The notes below the pieces were generated by a model, which saw only the letters and a list, made by a program, of their open reading frames with translations, was not told the DNA's origin and ran no database searches. From Lama guanicoe (lineage: Eukaryota), in NCBI GenBank assembly GCA_013239625.1, contig MU057340.1:7892931-7956930 (forward strand): a stretch of DNA of 64,000 nucleotides, read 5' to 3'. The translations under genes and the position numbers were made by a program. Of the stretch, positions 49,019-61,559 are shown piece after piece; position 1 is the stretch's first letter; each line of letters begins with the position of its first letter.

Positions 49019-50339
49019 TATGGGGGTTTCTGGTAAGACTGAGCCCTAAAGTTTCAATAAGATCCTGCTGGGTAGGGAGGAAAGAGAGGGTCCCAGTACA
49101 AGCTATGGGATCAAGCCAACAGACGGGTGAGGGCAGCCAGAGAAGGCAAGAGGGCACTCAGTATGATTTCAGGCCCAGTTATTCTGCCCTCCCCGGCTGG
49201 CCCCGCCAAGGCACTTCTCACGAGCACTATTTTTCTGTGGCTCGGCTGACCCCTGAGCTTTGTTTCATCTATTTGTTTATATGTTCAATTGAGTTAGTCA
49301 ACGAATAGATGAAGGAACAGAGTCTTGAAGGGTGAGTAGGAATTGGGTGGAAATAGGAGAAGAGCTACCCCTGGCAGAGGGGTACTCAGGGCAAAGGCCC
49401 AGAGGCTGAGAACACCAGGCCTGTCTAGGAGACCACGTGGTTGGTGTGGCAGAAATGGTCCAGGTGGGAACTAAAAGGGTCAGGCGGTGGGGGTGGGGGG
49501 TACTGGGCAGGGTCCCATCATAGAAGGCCTTACGGGCTTTGTTATATATTTTAGCCAGTTCCAGGAAATAGAGAAATATTTACTTTTTTTCCCTTTAGTT
49601 GATAATGCCTTTCCCAATCTCAGCAAGGAGGTGGGATTTCCAAGTTGGTTTTGAATTTGTTTGTGGAGCGGGGTACAGACAGAGATCCCCTCTCTGAGCA
49701 TGAGTCTCAAGCAGCCCCAACGCTTTGGTATGGGTGTCTGTATCTGCCTGTGCATGGTTTTCTGGATGTAGAGCTGATGTGCTCATGCAGGCAAACCGCC
49801 AGGGTTAGAACTGGGCTTCCCTCTCCTCTCTCCCAGTGTGAGTCAGACTGGAGTTCGGTGGCCTGGGTCTGCAGCCCCTGGCTCCCTCCTTTTGGTCCTT
49901 CTCTGTAAGAGCCAAGAGGACAATGCCTCTTGGCCGAGAGAGTCCTTTTAAACAGGATGGCTCTTGGCTGAGCTCAGCCCCGAAGTTCTCTCTGCAATTC
50001 CCCAGGCAGGGGGTGATGCCTGCTTGGGCTCCAGCTCAGGCCCTTGGATTTACTGTCGAGCCGGGCACTGATTTACAATCTGCAAGTTGACGGATGCTTA
50101 AGCTGCTGGCAGCTGGATGAGTGAGAAGTGACTCTCTGATAAGAGAACCCCTCTCTGATATTTACAGCTGGGCTCTGAGGGTCCAGACAGCCTTCCGAGG
50201 ACTCAGCCAGGTCTGGAGGGGAGGAGCCAAGAGTGGCTGGGTGGCCCAAGGAGCAAGGACATCCCCACAAAGGAGGAAGGCACTTCAGGCTGGGATTCTG
50301 GAGCCCCGGGTTTTCCTCCTCCTGGCTCCCAACGAACAA

Positions 50340-50495
50340 GCCGTGTGACTCCGGGCCAAGCATTTCCTCTCTCCATCCGCTTCTTGCCATAAAGCAGAGG
50401 CACTAATTTAACCTTGCTCTCAGCTTCCACTATCATAAGGATCAAATGAGATGACATCTGTGAAAGGACAAGACTTGGAAGCATTGTGAAAATAT
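50340..50495 (+). mobile_element. MIR SINE
   Basis: gccgtgtgactccgggccaagc...aaggatcaaatgagatgacatctgtgaaag. Confidence 0.7.
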
Positions 50496-50544
50496 ACTGG
50501 GGATTAAAGCCCATGAAAGGACTGGACAGGGGACCTCCAATGTA

Positions 50545-50786
50545 CTCTTTTGACAACAGCCCACGTGGCACTGGGGGTGCTTATGAGGATTTCAGAAATT
50601 TTGTATTTTAATGATTAGATATTTATTCTAATGTATAGAAAGATATACACAAAATAAAACCTGTGATTTTGTACCCCTTATTATTTAGATCAGGCTAAAG
50701 TACAAAGGTAAATGAGAACGTTGAAAATGCTGATGTGACAAATATTAGGATGGTGCTCACGAATGCCTGGGGTTTAGAAAACATGG
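50545..50786. mobile_element. MER113A-like hAT-Charlie MITE
   Basis: aaaacctgtgatttt...ttagatcaggctaaagta...gatggtgctcacgaatgcctggggtttagaaaacatg. Confidence 0.55.
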
Positions 50787-53329
50787 GCCGGCACAGAGCT
50801 AGCTGTTACCTCACCATTTCATTCAATCCTCTGCCTGATGATGGAGGCATTGCTGCCAGACTCTGTCCACCGTCGGAGGTTCTGTGATGTCAGGAGGAAG
50901 CAGGCTTGGAAGAATCAGTACCTCAGCCAGGTTCAGCAGCTGGTGTGCTGGGGTCCCACCCAGGCCCCCAAACTCTACAGTGTGTGCTCTCCCCACTCAT
51001 CCTTGCAGGCCTTTGTCCAAGAGGAGAGCTCATGAAGGGCTCCTATAGGTGTGCCCTCAGGTGATGCTCACCACCACCCTGGCAGGTGGCTGGGGGGCGC
51101 TGTTGTTACCATGACTTTACAGGTATGGGAGATGCCGGGAAAGGAAGAAGGGAGGGAGGAAAACAATTTTCACAGGCAGTGAACCTAGATCTCCAAGGCC
51201 AATCGGAGGACTCAAAGGTCATTCCCAACTCCTCCATTTGTGGTCCTTTGGAGCTCTATCCTGTCGCTGGTTTCCCTCCTGCAAGGGAGTGGAGGATATT
51301 GAAACTAAGAGCCAAAGTGACACTTTTAAGTCTTTCATTCTGGAAATGCAAATAAAACCTTTTGAAACAGAGTCAAAGTCTAGGGGAATGAGTGAAGGTG
51401 GGAGATAGTCTTCAACATGAGACTGCACGAGAGGAACGCCTCCCCATTTTGGTAGAACCCCAAGTGGAAAGCAGCAAGGTGCCATGAAAGGCAAGGTGTC
51501 AGCACAGAGAGCTGAGGACCAGGAGGGTGCAGCACCGGATCCAATGCCGCCTCAGTGGACAGCTCCTTGCAAGACCCAGCTGTTATGTGCCTCCTGAGTC
51601 TTGTCATTTACATCTTTAGAATGGGTTTAGTAATGGCACCCAAAGGAGGTAAGAAATGCAATCCTTTGATTAAAATATCCACGTCCCTGGTTTTATTTTT
51701 CTGTATGGTTCTCATCAGTATCTGACAACGTATAGTTTGCAACATCTCTTTCCAAAATGGAAGCAGCCTGAAAGGAGGAACTATCGCAGCCTCAGCCTGC
51801 AGGTCAGTGGCCTTCGTGACAGAGACCCTACAAACACGTGTTGAATGTAGGAAGAGATGACGGATAAACGAACGCTTGCAATGCAAGCTTCATCAGGGAG
51901 GGGCTGTGTCTCATGTGCATTTAGCACCTAGCTAAGAGCCTCTATATAATAAACTCTCAACAAACGTTCAGAAAGCAGACGAACGCCAGGCTGGGAAAGC
52001 ATTTTGTAGACAGCAAATGGACCCCAGACCCTACAATGTAAGGTATACAAATTTAAGAGTGTAATCCCACCCAAGAGCATTCCGAAAAGAGAAACTCAAG
52101 TGGCAGCTACACATCTCAACCCACTTTGTTGCAACTTCTGACTTCAGTCCACTCAACCAATTATCTTGAAACAAACCGGCATGCAATCTCAGAAACAGTC
52201 GAAGTCAGTAGATGGCTTTCAAATCGATGTGCTTGTGGAGACACAGACAGACTCCGAGCCAAAGGTGAAATTACAAAGGTGAGCCCAGGGCCCAAGGCCT
52301 GCCAAGAGAAGGCCCATTAAGCCTTGAGAATCCTCTCCGTGCTAATAATCTAAGCCACTATTAGTGACTTAAGACAGAGAATTTTTTTAAATGCTAGAAT
52401 GCATACGATTTTTATCTTGACATTATCCCTGTAATCACTGGTCCTGATTAAAGACTTCTGCCCTAAAAGATGGATGGGCTCAAACACTTAAATATATGGT
52501 AATCCTTCACCTCTTGAATGCTGTTTCTCCCAAGACATTCTTCCATGCACTTCAGTTTAAAGACCCACAATTGTCTTTCTTCAACTATTAGAAACACACT
52601 AGAGTTGGGTTGGAGGAGGATGGTAAAAGATAATAATAATTCTAACAACCTCCATTTTTTCTCGCTAAGGATGTTCACTAAGCAGTTGAGGCCTGTTACA
52701 AATTTTTTTTTTGCAATCAAAAGTCAAATATTTGAAAAGATGCCAAAACATGTTAGCGCTTGTTTCTCCGTAAATACACAGAGCAAGATAGTCATCAAAA
52801 AGGGAATGCTAGGGTTCCATCCCCTTTGCCCTTCTCACATCTGGCTAGGGCCACATGTTCTGGGATTCCCAGGGAACTCCTGTGCCATCTGTATCCCCAA
52901 GTGCCCATTCGCATCCTGGCCCAACTGTCCCCTCACTCAGCTGACAGTCCTCAATGGTCCAAGAGACTTTCGAATCCCTTTGGGATGGTTCTCACCTCAG
53001 GCTTGCATGTGAAAGCCCGGTAACTGGGGCTGCGCATATCCAGAGAGTGCCAGGCGTTCTCTGTGATGGACAGATGGGGCTTGGAATGTTTTTCTAGTAG
53101 CAGATCTTGAACTTCAACAACCGTCACTTTATCAGCAACATCTGAAAAAACAGCAGTCAACAGTGAATATCTTTGTGTAAATCTAGATGTTCTCTCAGGT
53201 TTGCCTAAAGCAAGACACACACCTCTGACTTCAGGAAGCTTCCTGTTCGAGGCCCCCCACAGTCCAACCTCACACTACATTTTTCAGACACATGGCTGGC
53301 ATTTCTCCAAGTAGAACCCACCTGCCAGC

Positions 53330-53640
53330 CCTGCCTGGTCACTCACTCGTCCCAAATGCCTGGCCAGTGCCCTGCTTTGGTGCCCTTGTTCCTGCTGCCC
53401 CAGCTCCTTGGAATGTCCTGCCTCCTTATCTGTATGTGTCAAGACCCTACTTGCTCACTGAAACGCTACACCAGCAGGTGCACTTAGCATGTGGGGCTTG
53501 TGTGAGAAGCACCTGGCCATGTGTCCATCAGTTCTCCCAGACCGTGAGCTACCAGAGGCCAAGGCTATTATTTTGGTCCTGATATCTCAACATCTGGCAT
53601 AAAGCCTACACAGCAGGGTTAAGGTTTGCTGACTGACTCT
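53330..53640 (+). mobile_element. L2 fragment
   Basis: ccttggaatgtcct...cccagaccgtgagctaccagagg...catctggcataaagcc. Confidence 0.55.
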
Positions 53641-53841
53641 GAGACCTACTCTTTGTACTAAGTCTGCCTGTTAGAGTCTTAGACAAGAGGCATCTATTTC
53701 CTATTTCAGTATCTTCCTTTCCAAGCAAAACTTTCCTGGTTCCTCCCAAGTCTCCCGCCACATCATTTCCCATCGGGTAGGGGATATAGACAGGCCTGGG
53801 TTCAAATCCCACCTTCCCAGTCACTTAGTCAATGCAGTTTT

Positions 53842-55159
53842 TTCTTTCATTGAAGTAAAGTCAGTTATAATGTGTCAATTTCTGGTGTACAGCACAATGT
53901 CCCGGTCATGCATATACATACGTATATTCATCTTCATATTCTTTTCCATTAAAGGTTATTATAAGATACTGAATATAGTTCCCTGTGCTTACAGAATAAA
54001 TTTGTTTTTAAATCTATTTTTATATACAGCAGCTAACATTTGCAAATCTCAAACTCACAAATCTATCCCTTCCCACCCTTTTCCCCTGGTAACCATAAGA
54101 TTGTTTACTATGTCTGCAAGTCTCTTTCTGTTTTGTAGATGAATTCATTGATGTTTTCTTTTTTTTTTAAGATTCCACATATAAGTGATATCATATGGTA
54201 TTTTTCTTTCTCTTTCTGGCTTACTTCACTTAGAGTGACGATCTCTAGGTCCAGCCATGTTGCTACAAATGGCATTATTTTATTCTTTTTATGGCTAAGT
54301 AGTATTCTGTTGTATGATTATACCACAACTTCTTTATCCAGTCATCTGTCGATGGACATTTAAGTTGCTTCCACATCTTGGCTATTGTATATTGTGCTGC
54401 TTTGAACGTTGGGGTGCATGTATCTTTTCAAATTAGAATTCCTTCCAGATAACATGCCTGGAAGTGGGACTGCTGGATCATATGGTAGTTTAAGTCTATC
54501 TTCAGTTTTTTGAGGAATCTCCATACTGTTTTCCACAGTGGCTACATCAAACTGCATTCCCACCAGCAGTGTGGGAGGGTTCCCTTTTCTCCACACCCTC
54601 TCCAGCATTTATCATTTGTGGGCTTTTGAATGATGGCCATCCTGACTGGTATGCGGTGATACCTCATTGTAGTTAAATATGCATTTCAAATCAAATCATT
54701 GCTGATAATTAGCAATATTGAGTATTTTTATGTGCCTATTAGCCATTTGTATGTCTTCATTGGAGAATTGCTTGTTTAGATCTGCCCATTTTTGGATTGG
54801 ATTTTTGTTTTTTGTTATTAAGTTGTATGAGCTGTTTATATGTTCTCAAAATTAAATCTTTGTCAGTTGCATCATTTGCAAATAATTTCTCCAATTCTGT
54901 AGGTTGTCATTCTGTTTTATTTATGGTTTCCTTAGCTCTACCAAAGCGTATAAGTTTAATTAGGTCACATTCGTTTATTTTTGCTTTTCTTTCTATTGCC
55001 TGGGTAAACTGCCTTAGGAGAACATTGCTGAGATTCATGTCAGAGAATGTTTTGCCTATGTTTATTGTATCTTGTCTTACATTTAAGTCTTTAAGCCATT
55101 TTGAGTTAATTTTTGTGTATGGTATGAGGGAGTGTTCTAATTTCAGTGATTTACAATGG
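53842..55159 (-). mobile_element. Camelid-type L1, 5'-truncated (about 1.3 kb), perfect 15-bp TSD, inserted into a MIR
   Basis: Antisense 3' UTR and ORF2 end (frameshifted); TSD agtcaatgcagtttt at 53827-53841 and 55160-55174; target TTTT/AA. Confidence 0.93.
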
Positions 55160-55699
55160 AGTCAATGCAGTTTTAACAAGACTTCAGCAGGTCTGTACTG
55201 GAGCTTCCTTAGCTATGAAATGACTCCAACACACCAGAAGGACACCTAGAAGACCATGGAGAGGAGCAGAGATAAGGCACCCAGCAGAGGGCTGAGAGGC
55301 TCCCAGCACATGAGTCTCCATCCCTTCCCGATTCTGCTCACACTTGGGGACTTGTGGTCAGCCCATGACCTAACCTCCTGAAGGAGCCTGGCACCCCCAG
55401 TGTGGTTGGGGAATTGGTAGGAAAATGTACTTTCATCTCCCTTAGTGGTTGCATTTCACTGTTAGTAAGTCTTATTAGCTTGGGGGGAAATTGAGGTTTT
55501 ACTCAAATGATGCCCATAAAGAGTAAATAAATAAAGCTCATTATAAGTTAGTACTAGATGATGCCTTTCAAACCAACTGACAGTTCTAGTGAATTGCAAA
55601 TATGAGGGGGCAACACATAACTTGTAGACATCCCGAACTCACCAAGGCAGAGTGGTAGCAGCCACTCACTTTGGAAAACCACAGATGTGGTTTCAAATT

Positions 55700-55865
55700 C
55701 TGTAAATGATGAGCTGTGTGGCTGCAATCAAGTTACTTAGCTTCTCTGAGCTTTGATGTGCTAGGAGCCCCTGCCTTATCTGATTAATATAAGAATGGGT
55801 ACATGCAAAGCACTTAGGACAGTACTTGACAGATACTTGACAGAGGAGGCACCCAGTAGATGGGG
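55700..55865 (+). mobile_element. MIR SINE
   Basis: gagctgtgtggctgcaatcaagttacttagcttctctgagc...gtacatgcaaagcacttaggacagtacttg. Confidence 0.7.
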
Positions 55866-56059
55866 GATACCAAATAAGGCTGTTGTGAGCATTCAATGAG
55901 TTAAAGTCTATCAGAGAACTACTTGAAGGTATGACAAACCCAGCCATAGCATCTTTCAGTGTTTGAGGTTCCAGTGATGGCACAAGACACAGAGCACCCA
56001 AGTCAGATACCTGGACCATTCCTGGCTTGTTTCTTCTCTCCCTGCCCTCTTTCTCCCCT

Positions 56060-57095
56060 GTCCCCCATCGCAAGTGTCTTCAAGTCCTATTGAGTCTACC
56101 TCCCCAACATCTGTCTAGATTGCCTCCTTCTCTCAACCACACTGCCACCATCTTGGTTCAAAGCCAGAGGACTCCTCATTGGGAGGATGGGTAGGGCCAG
56201 AGAACACCTCATCACCTGTCAGAGGTCAACCCAAACATCACTTCCTCCTTGTAGCCTCCTGGACCCTGTCAAATGATCCCACAACTCCTTGTCCTGTCCC
56301 CTTCATGGCCTTGATCACAACTTGTGTTTTCTACTTATATTTGTCTTCCCCACTAGAGCAGGAGATTTAAGAGTCAGAGAGTCTGTTCTGCTCATCATTG
56401 TCCATCCCCTGTGATGAACAATGTCCATCATATAATAGGTACTAAATAAAGATTGTTGGATGGATGGATGGCTGGGTGGATGGATGGGTGAATGGGTACT
56501 GTACAAGCCCTCAGTACCCTCTTCACTCTGGAACCAGAGTGATCTTTTTAAAAATAAATCTGATCGTGTCATTCTGTGATTCCCCATGGTGATTAGGATG
56601 AATTCCAAATTGCTTAGCCCATCTCACAATGTGTGCTGCCTGCCCAAGATCATCTTTGTCTCTTACCGTCCCCTATGTTTTTATAATACATTCAACACCC
56701 CAAACCTCTCATAGCCCCCAAATGACCCTGCTGCTGTCTCTCTGCACATGGAGCTCCCTCCCTTGGATCACCCTGTGTTCCTCCCCAGACCAGCCCCACT
56801 TTATCTGACTAACTCCTACTGGTCCTTCAAGGTCTCCCAGCATCCCTCCGCCAGGAGTCCTCCTGCCCACATAGACTGAGTTAGGGAACCATCCTTTGAG
56901 CCTGTGTGGTTGCTTCTGTCACAGCCCTTTGTCTGCTCATGGTCCATCTACACCACAAGCTGGTGAACTTATTGAGGACGGACACCATATACTATTCATA
57001 TTAGTGGCCTTAATGTCTTCCACCAGGCTTGCCTCAGGAAAAGTTTTCAGTACAGTTTTAGGGGTGGGTGAAAAAGTGGATGGGTGGGTGAATGA
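56060..57095 (+). mobile_element. L2 fragments (two pieces; first ends in a (TGGA)n tail at about 56457-56493)
   Basis: cactgccaccatcttggttcaaagcc; tcttccccactaga; taggtactaaataaagattgttggatggatgg; ccagagtgatcttttta. Confidence 0.7.
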
Positions 57096-59939
57096 AACCA
57101 CCGTTCCCTAGTCACACTTCAGCCAGGATACTCGTGTCAGAGCACGTCTTATTGAGTAGCAATACATAGTTGGAACAGACCGCAGAGTAGCGCTGCTGTG
57201 GGCAGAGAAGCAGGACCATCAGGGCAGCAAATATAGAGTGCCCAGGACTGGGTGAGGCAGGGAGGTGGGGTTTCCTGGGCAGCCGAAAACTGCACTAGGG
57301 CATCAAACGTTCTGTGCTGGGGGCGGGGGCTCCAGCAGAAAATGAGAGATGGGACCTCAGATGGCACAGAGCTTACCTTCTCCTGGGACAGACAGAGACA
57401 CACAGCGCACAAGTGGACCAAATAGACAAGCCTAAATAATAAATTTATGGTAAACTTTAAGGAAGCAAATGAGGAAATCCAAGTAGTATGGTCCTGGGAG
57501 GCCTCCCTGAAGAGTGATGTTGAAGACAGAAAGATGAGAAGGGGTCCCCTGAAAGGTGGATGGAGGGGCATCAGATCCTGTCTTATTTGAAGATCCCAAA
57601 AGGTAGCGCACCAGTGCTGTTGGAGAACAGCGTGATAACACAGCTGTGAGTGTGTGTGCGTCTGTGTGTGTAAATAATCACACCCTCCTGTGCTTAAAAC
57701 TGACCTATAAGATTTCTCATGTCTTAACTCATTTCAGGTCTCTTGCATGTAAATGGCACATGTGAAGACTCAATGAAATAATGTTCCCATGGGAACCCCA
57801 CTGGAGGCCATAGTTAGGGTCAGGCTACTTCCTACCTGATTTGGCGCTTAGGAGTAGGGGCAGGGCACAGGGAGTGAGCTGAGGGCCAGGCAAAGGATCA
57901 GCCCTGGCAGCTTCAAACTGATGTGCTATATACTTTTATACTCCCTTCTTCCATAGCAAATGTGTTCTACATCTGATATGTAAGTCCATATAGGCATGTA
58001 TGCACAAGCACACACATGTACAAATGAATACACAGGGGAAGCAAGACACGTGGGCCTGAATGCAGTGACTACATACATGCATATACACGTAATTCAAACA
58101 AGACGGTTTTAAGCATTTATTTATTTTTAGAGGCTTATTCAGTGACAACAACCCTAGGAGTGGAGACTATTGTTCTACAGCCTTTCTTGAAGCAAACTCT
58201 CAGGTGAAGGAGGACCTTTACCTTTGGAAGATGGTCCCCTGGTTTTGAGAAGTAAGTCTTGGTTGTTTTGATCAGGAGACCCAGAGTAGGGTGCTTCCAC
58301 CTTGATCCTTGGGAACTAAATGCCAGCTGCTGTCTTGGCACTAGATAGCAAGTCCTCATCTGCTTTAGTGACATGGAAGGGCAGGGAGTGACTGCCTTGG
58401 TTATCTTGCTCATACAAAGGGGCCAAGAACTATGCTTTGCTAAATAATTGGGAAAATGTGGGATGCTGCCCCCTCTGCTTTATAAAATGCTTGCATCTGT
58501 TCACTTATATCTCACATTCCAAAACTCCCAGGTATCCTTAATTATAAGATCCAGAGAATTCAGAAGGGAAAACACCCCACTCAAATGTTTTCTTAACTTT
58601 CATCTAGTAAAGAATGTGCTTTCCTTTATCCAAACCACCAACAGGATAACCTCATTCTGCATTTTGCTGATTGGTCTGCAAACATAATTGTCAGTGGCAA
58701 AAGCCTTGAAGGGCTGCCTTGAGATTTGAGCATTCAATCAGTCTGAGGAATTTCTTTTGGCAAAAATACTTAGGCTTGATCGGGACTCGTGGGGCTGTGG
58801 TTGGCTCCTTGTCTCTGAGGGTGGATATGCCCAGTGGTGTGGTTAAATATCATCGGCCCTAAAGTTGGCCATGAGATCTGTTTGGGGAAATTACATTGAT
58901 GTGATTTTGAAGAAAGGTTAAAGGAAAAGATGCTATTTTGCCTGAAGAATAGAAGACTGAGGAGCAATCAGATTCTTGTTTCCAAGTTCGGCAGCGTCTG
59001 TGACCTGGAGCACAGCACAGAACTTCCGCAGGGTCTGTAACAGCTTTCCCGCCATCGGAATGGGAGTTGCAGAAAGCACAGTTCGGTTCTCTCACCTCTG
59101 CACCCTGACACACCCACACAGAGTGGATGTTCAGAGGATGTGTGCCAACTTTTAAATTTGCAGTTGAAGAGAAGAAATAATACTCTATTTTCATTAAACA
59201 CTGCACATGAAGGCAGGTACTTGAGCTAAATAGTGATTTCTGGAGTGTATTTGGAAAAGCCATGTGACAATCAAGTGAGGACAGAAAATGTAAGTGGGTT
59301 TACTGGAAAAGTTGAAGAAACTCTATTCTTGAAAATATTTTAGAATTCTTAGTCATTAATGCTGAATCCTGAAGTGTATTTATCTTTCTATAGACAGGGG
59401 ACTGGCTATGTCACGTTGTCTCAAAGATTTAGTCTACAGTTTGCATAATTTTAAATGGTCCCCATAATTATATAAATTTATACTTGTAGAATATTTTAGT
59501 CTTTAATTCTGCCTGAAGCTTCACTAAAGACTGATTATAATACAAGCACTTGGTACAGTAGTGGGTGCTGTGGACACCAGTTAACCTAAAAACAACAGGC
59601 ACTCAGCATACGAGCCTGCGCTCTCCCATGCAGTGCCAGTGGCAGACATTACTAATTGATCATGACATTCCCAATGAGCTCAGATGGGGCCTCAACATTC
59701 ATCTCAACCAATTCCAAGTAATCAGTGCTGCAGTACAGGAAGAAACCAATTTACCTCTTCAGATTCAGTGATTCTCTATTCCAAGCTTTTTGAATAAGGA
59801 TTTCCTTAGCCCCCAGATATATGCAGTTCATGCCAGGGAGTTAAGTATATTTGTAGGAGGCAAAAGGGCTCATGGTAATTAACTTGACTAAAATATTGAG
59901 GGGAAATGGAGATGTTTTTGAGTCTCTATATTCTTGAAG

Positions 59940-61230
59940 TCAGTGAGTGAACAAATGTTTCTCGGGCATCTCCTGTGGCAGGCACTGCATTAAGCATGGG
60001 GACATCACTATCCAGGACAAGCAGCATTTCTGTCCTCAAAGCACTTTCATTCTAGAGTGCCAGTGCAGGTAAGAAGCATGCAGACAGTAAGTACCTTTTA
60101 GACTCTTAAATAACATGAATAAAATAAAGGAGGGCTATGTAATTGAAGGTGGGGGAGCAAGCGTGTTGTTGCTTCAGCTAGAGTGTAAAGAAAGGTCTAC
60201 TGAGGAGATGACCCCAGACAGGCAGCCATGAAAAGATTGGAAAAACTTCCCAAGCAGAAGAGAGCATGGCCAAAATTCCTCAGAACAAACTTGGAATGTC
60301 TGCGGAGACAACAGAGGGCCAGGGTAGCTGATGTAAAGTCAATGTCAGTTGGACAGGGAGGTCAGAGAGATGTGCCAAGAGTGAGATCAAACAGGGCCTG
60401 TGAACCTACCAGTGAATTTTATTCTGGTTGCCATGGTTTTGCACTCAGCACGGGAATGATGGAATATACTATGCACTTCAGCAGAATCACTCTGGCTGCT
60501 GCGTGGACAATAATGGATTAGATGTGGGCCGTGAGGGGATGAAGTTAAAAGAAAAAGAAGGAGGCTGTTGCTGTGGTCAGAGCAAGAAAAGGTGGTGGCT
60601 GTTACGGACTGGGTCGTGTCTCCCTAAATTCTTAGAGTGAAGCTCTAACCCCTAGCACCTCAGAATGTCACATATTTGGAGACAGGGTCTTTACAGAGGT
60701 AATTAAGGTAAAAATGAGATCATTGGAGTAAACCCTAATCCAATGGGACTGGTGTCCTTAAGAGAAAAGAAGATTAGGACACAGATACGTACNNNNNNNN
60801 NNNNNNNNNNNNNNNNNNNNNNNNNNNNNNNNNNNNNNNNNNNNNNNNNNNNNNNNNNNNNNNNNNNNNNNNNNNNNNNNNNNNNNNNNNNNNNNNNNNN
60901 NNNNNNNNNNNNNNNNNNNNNNNNNNNGTGGTTTAAGCCACCCCATCTGTGGTGCTCATTTAAGGCAGCACTAGAAAACATAGGCTTAAGTTAGGTTAGG
61001 GTTACAGCTGTGGTCCTAAAGGCAGTGAGAAGTGAAGCAGGATGTATTTTGGAAGAGAACTGACAATTCTCATGAATGGATTGGATATGGACTGTGAGGG
61101 AAAGAGAGTAATGAAGGCTGCTCCTAGATTTAAAGCCTGAACCTTTGTGTGGGTGCTGGTGACACTTCAGAAGGGGGAGAAATCCAGAGCTCTGTTGGGC
61201 TAGGTTAGACGGAGATGTGCCTTAGGTTCA
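59940..61230 (-). mobile_element. L2 fragment interrupted by MLT1B
   Basis: aacaaatgtttctcgggcatctcctgtggcaggcactg; cagaatcactctggctgctgcgtgga; ggattggatatggactgtgagggaaagag. Confidence 0.75.
60600..60980 (+). mobile_element. MLT1B-like MaLR solo LTR (interior masked 60793-60927)
   Basis: tgttacggactg...ctaacccctagcacctcagaatgt...ccctaatccaatgggactggtgtcctta...tttaagccacccc...gcagcactagaaaaca. Confidence 0.85.
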
Positions 61231-61559
61231 GGAAACCTCAAAACCTCATGTGCCCCTTGCACACTCCCAAGCGATACAAGTTCCTTTTCCTTTGCCAATA
61301 GTGATTCCCTAGAAGAAACATTGGTGAAGCATCATTTTAAGAAAAACATGACAGAAAGCTCCCAATTTCATAGGCAGCTCATTTTAGTATTTTTAGAGTA
61401 ACTGCTAGAAAGTTATTCTTTTAGTTTAGTAGAAACTGTCTTCTTTGTAAATTCATCAAAACCCATCAGACTGCATCCAGCCACTGGACGAAACAGTACA
61501 AATCTATTTTCTCACTTAATGTCTTCTAGTAATGTTACACTTACAATTAAAGCCCACCC

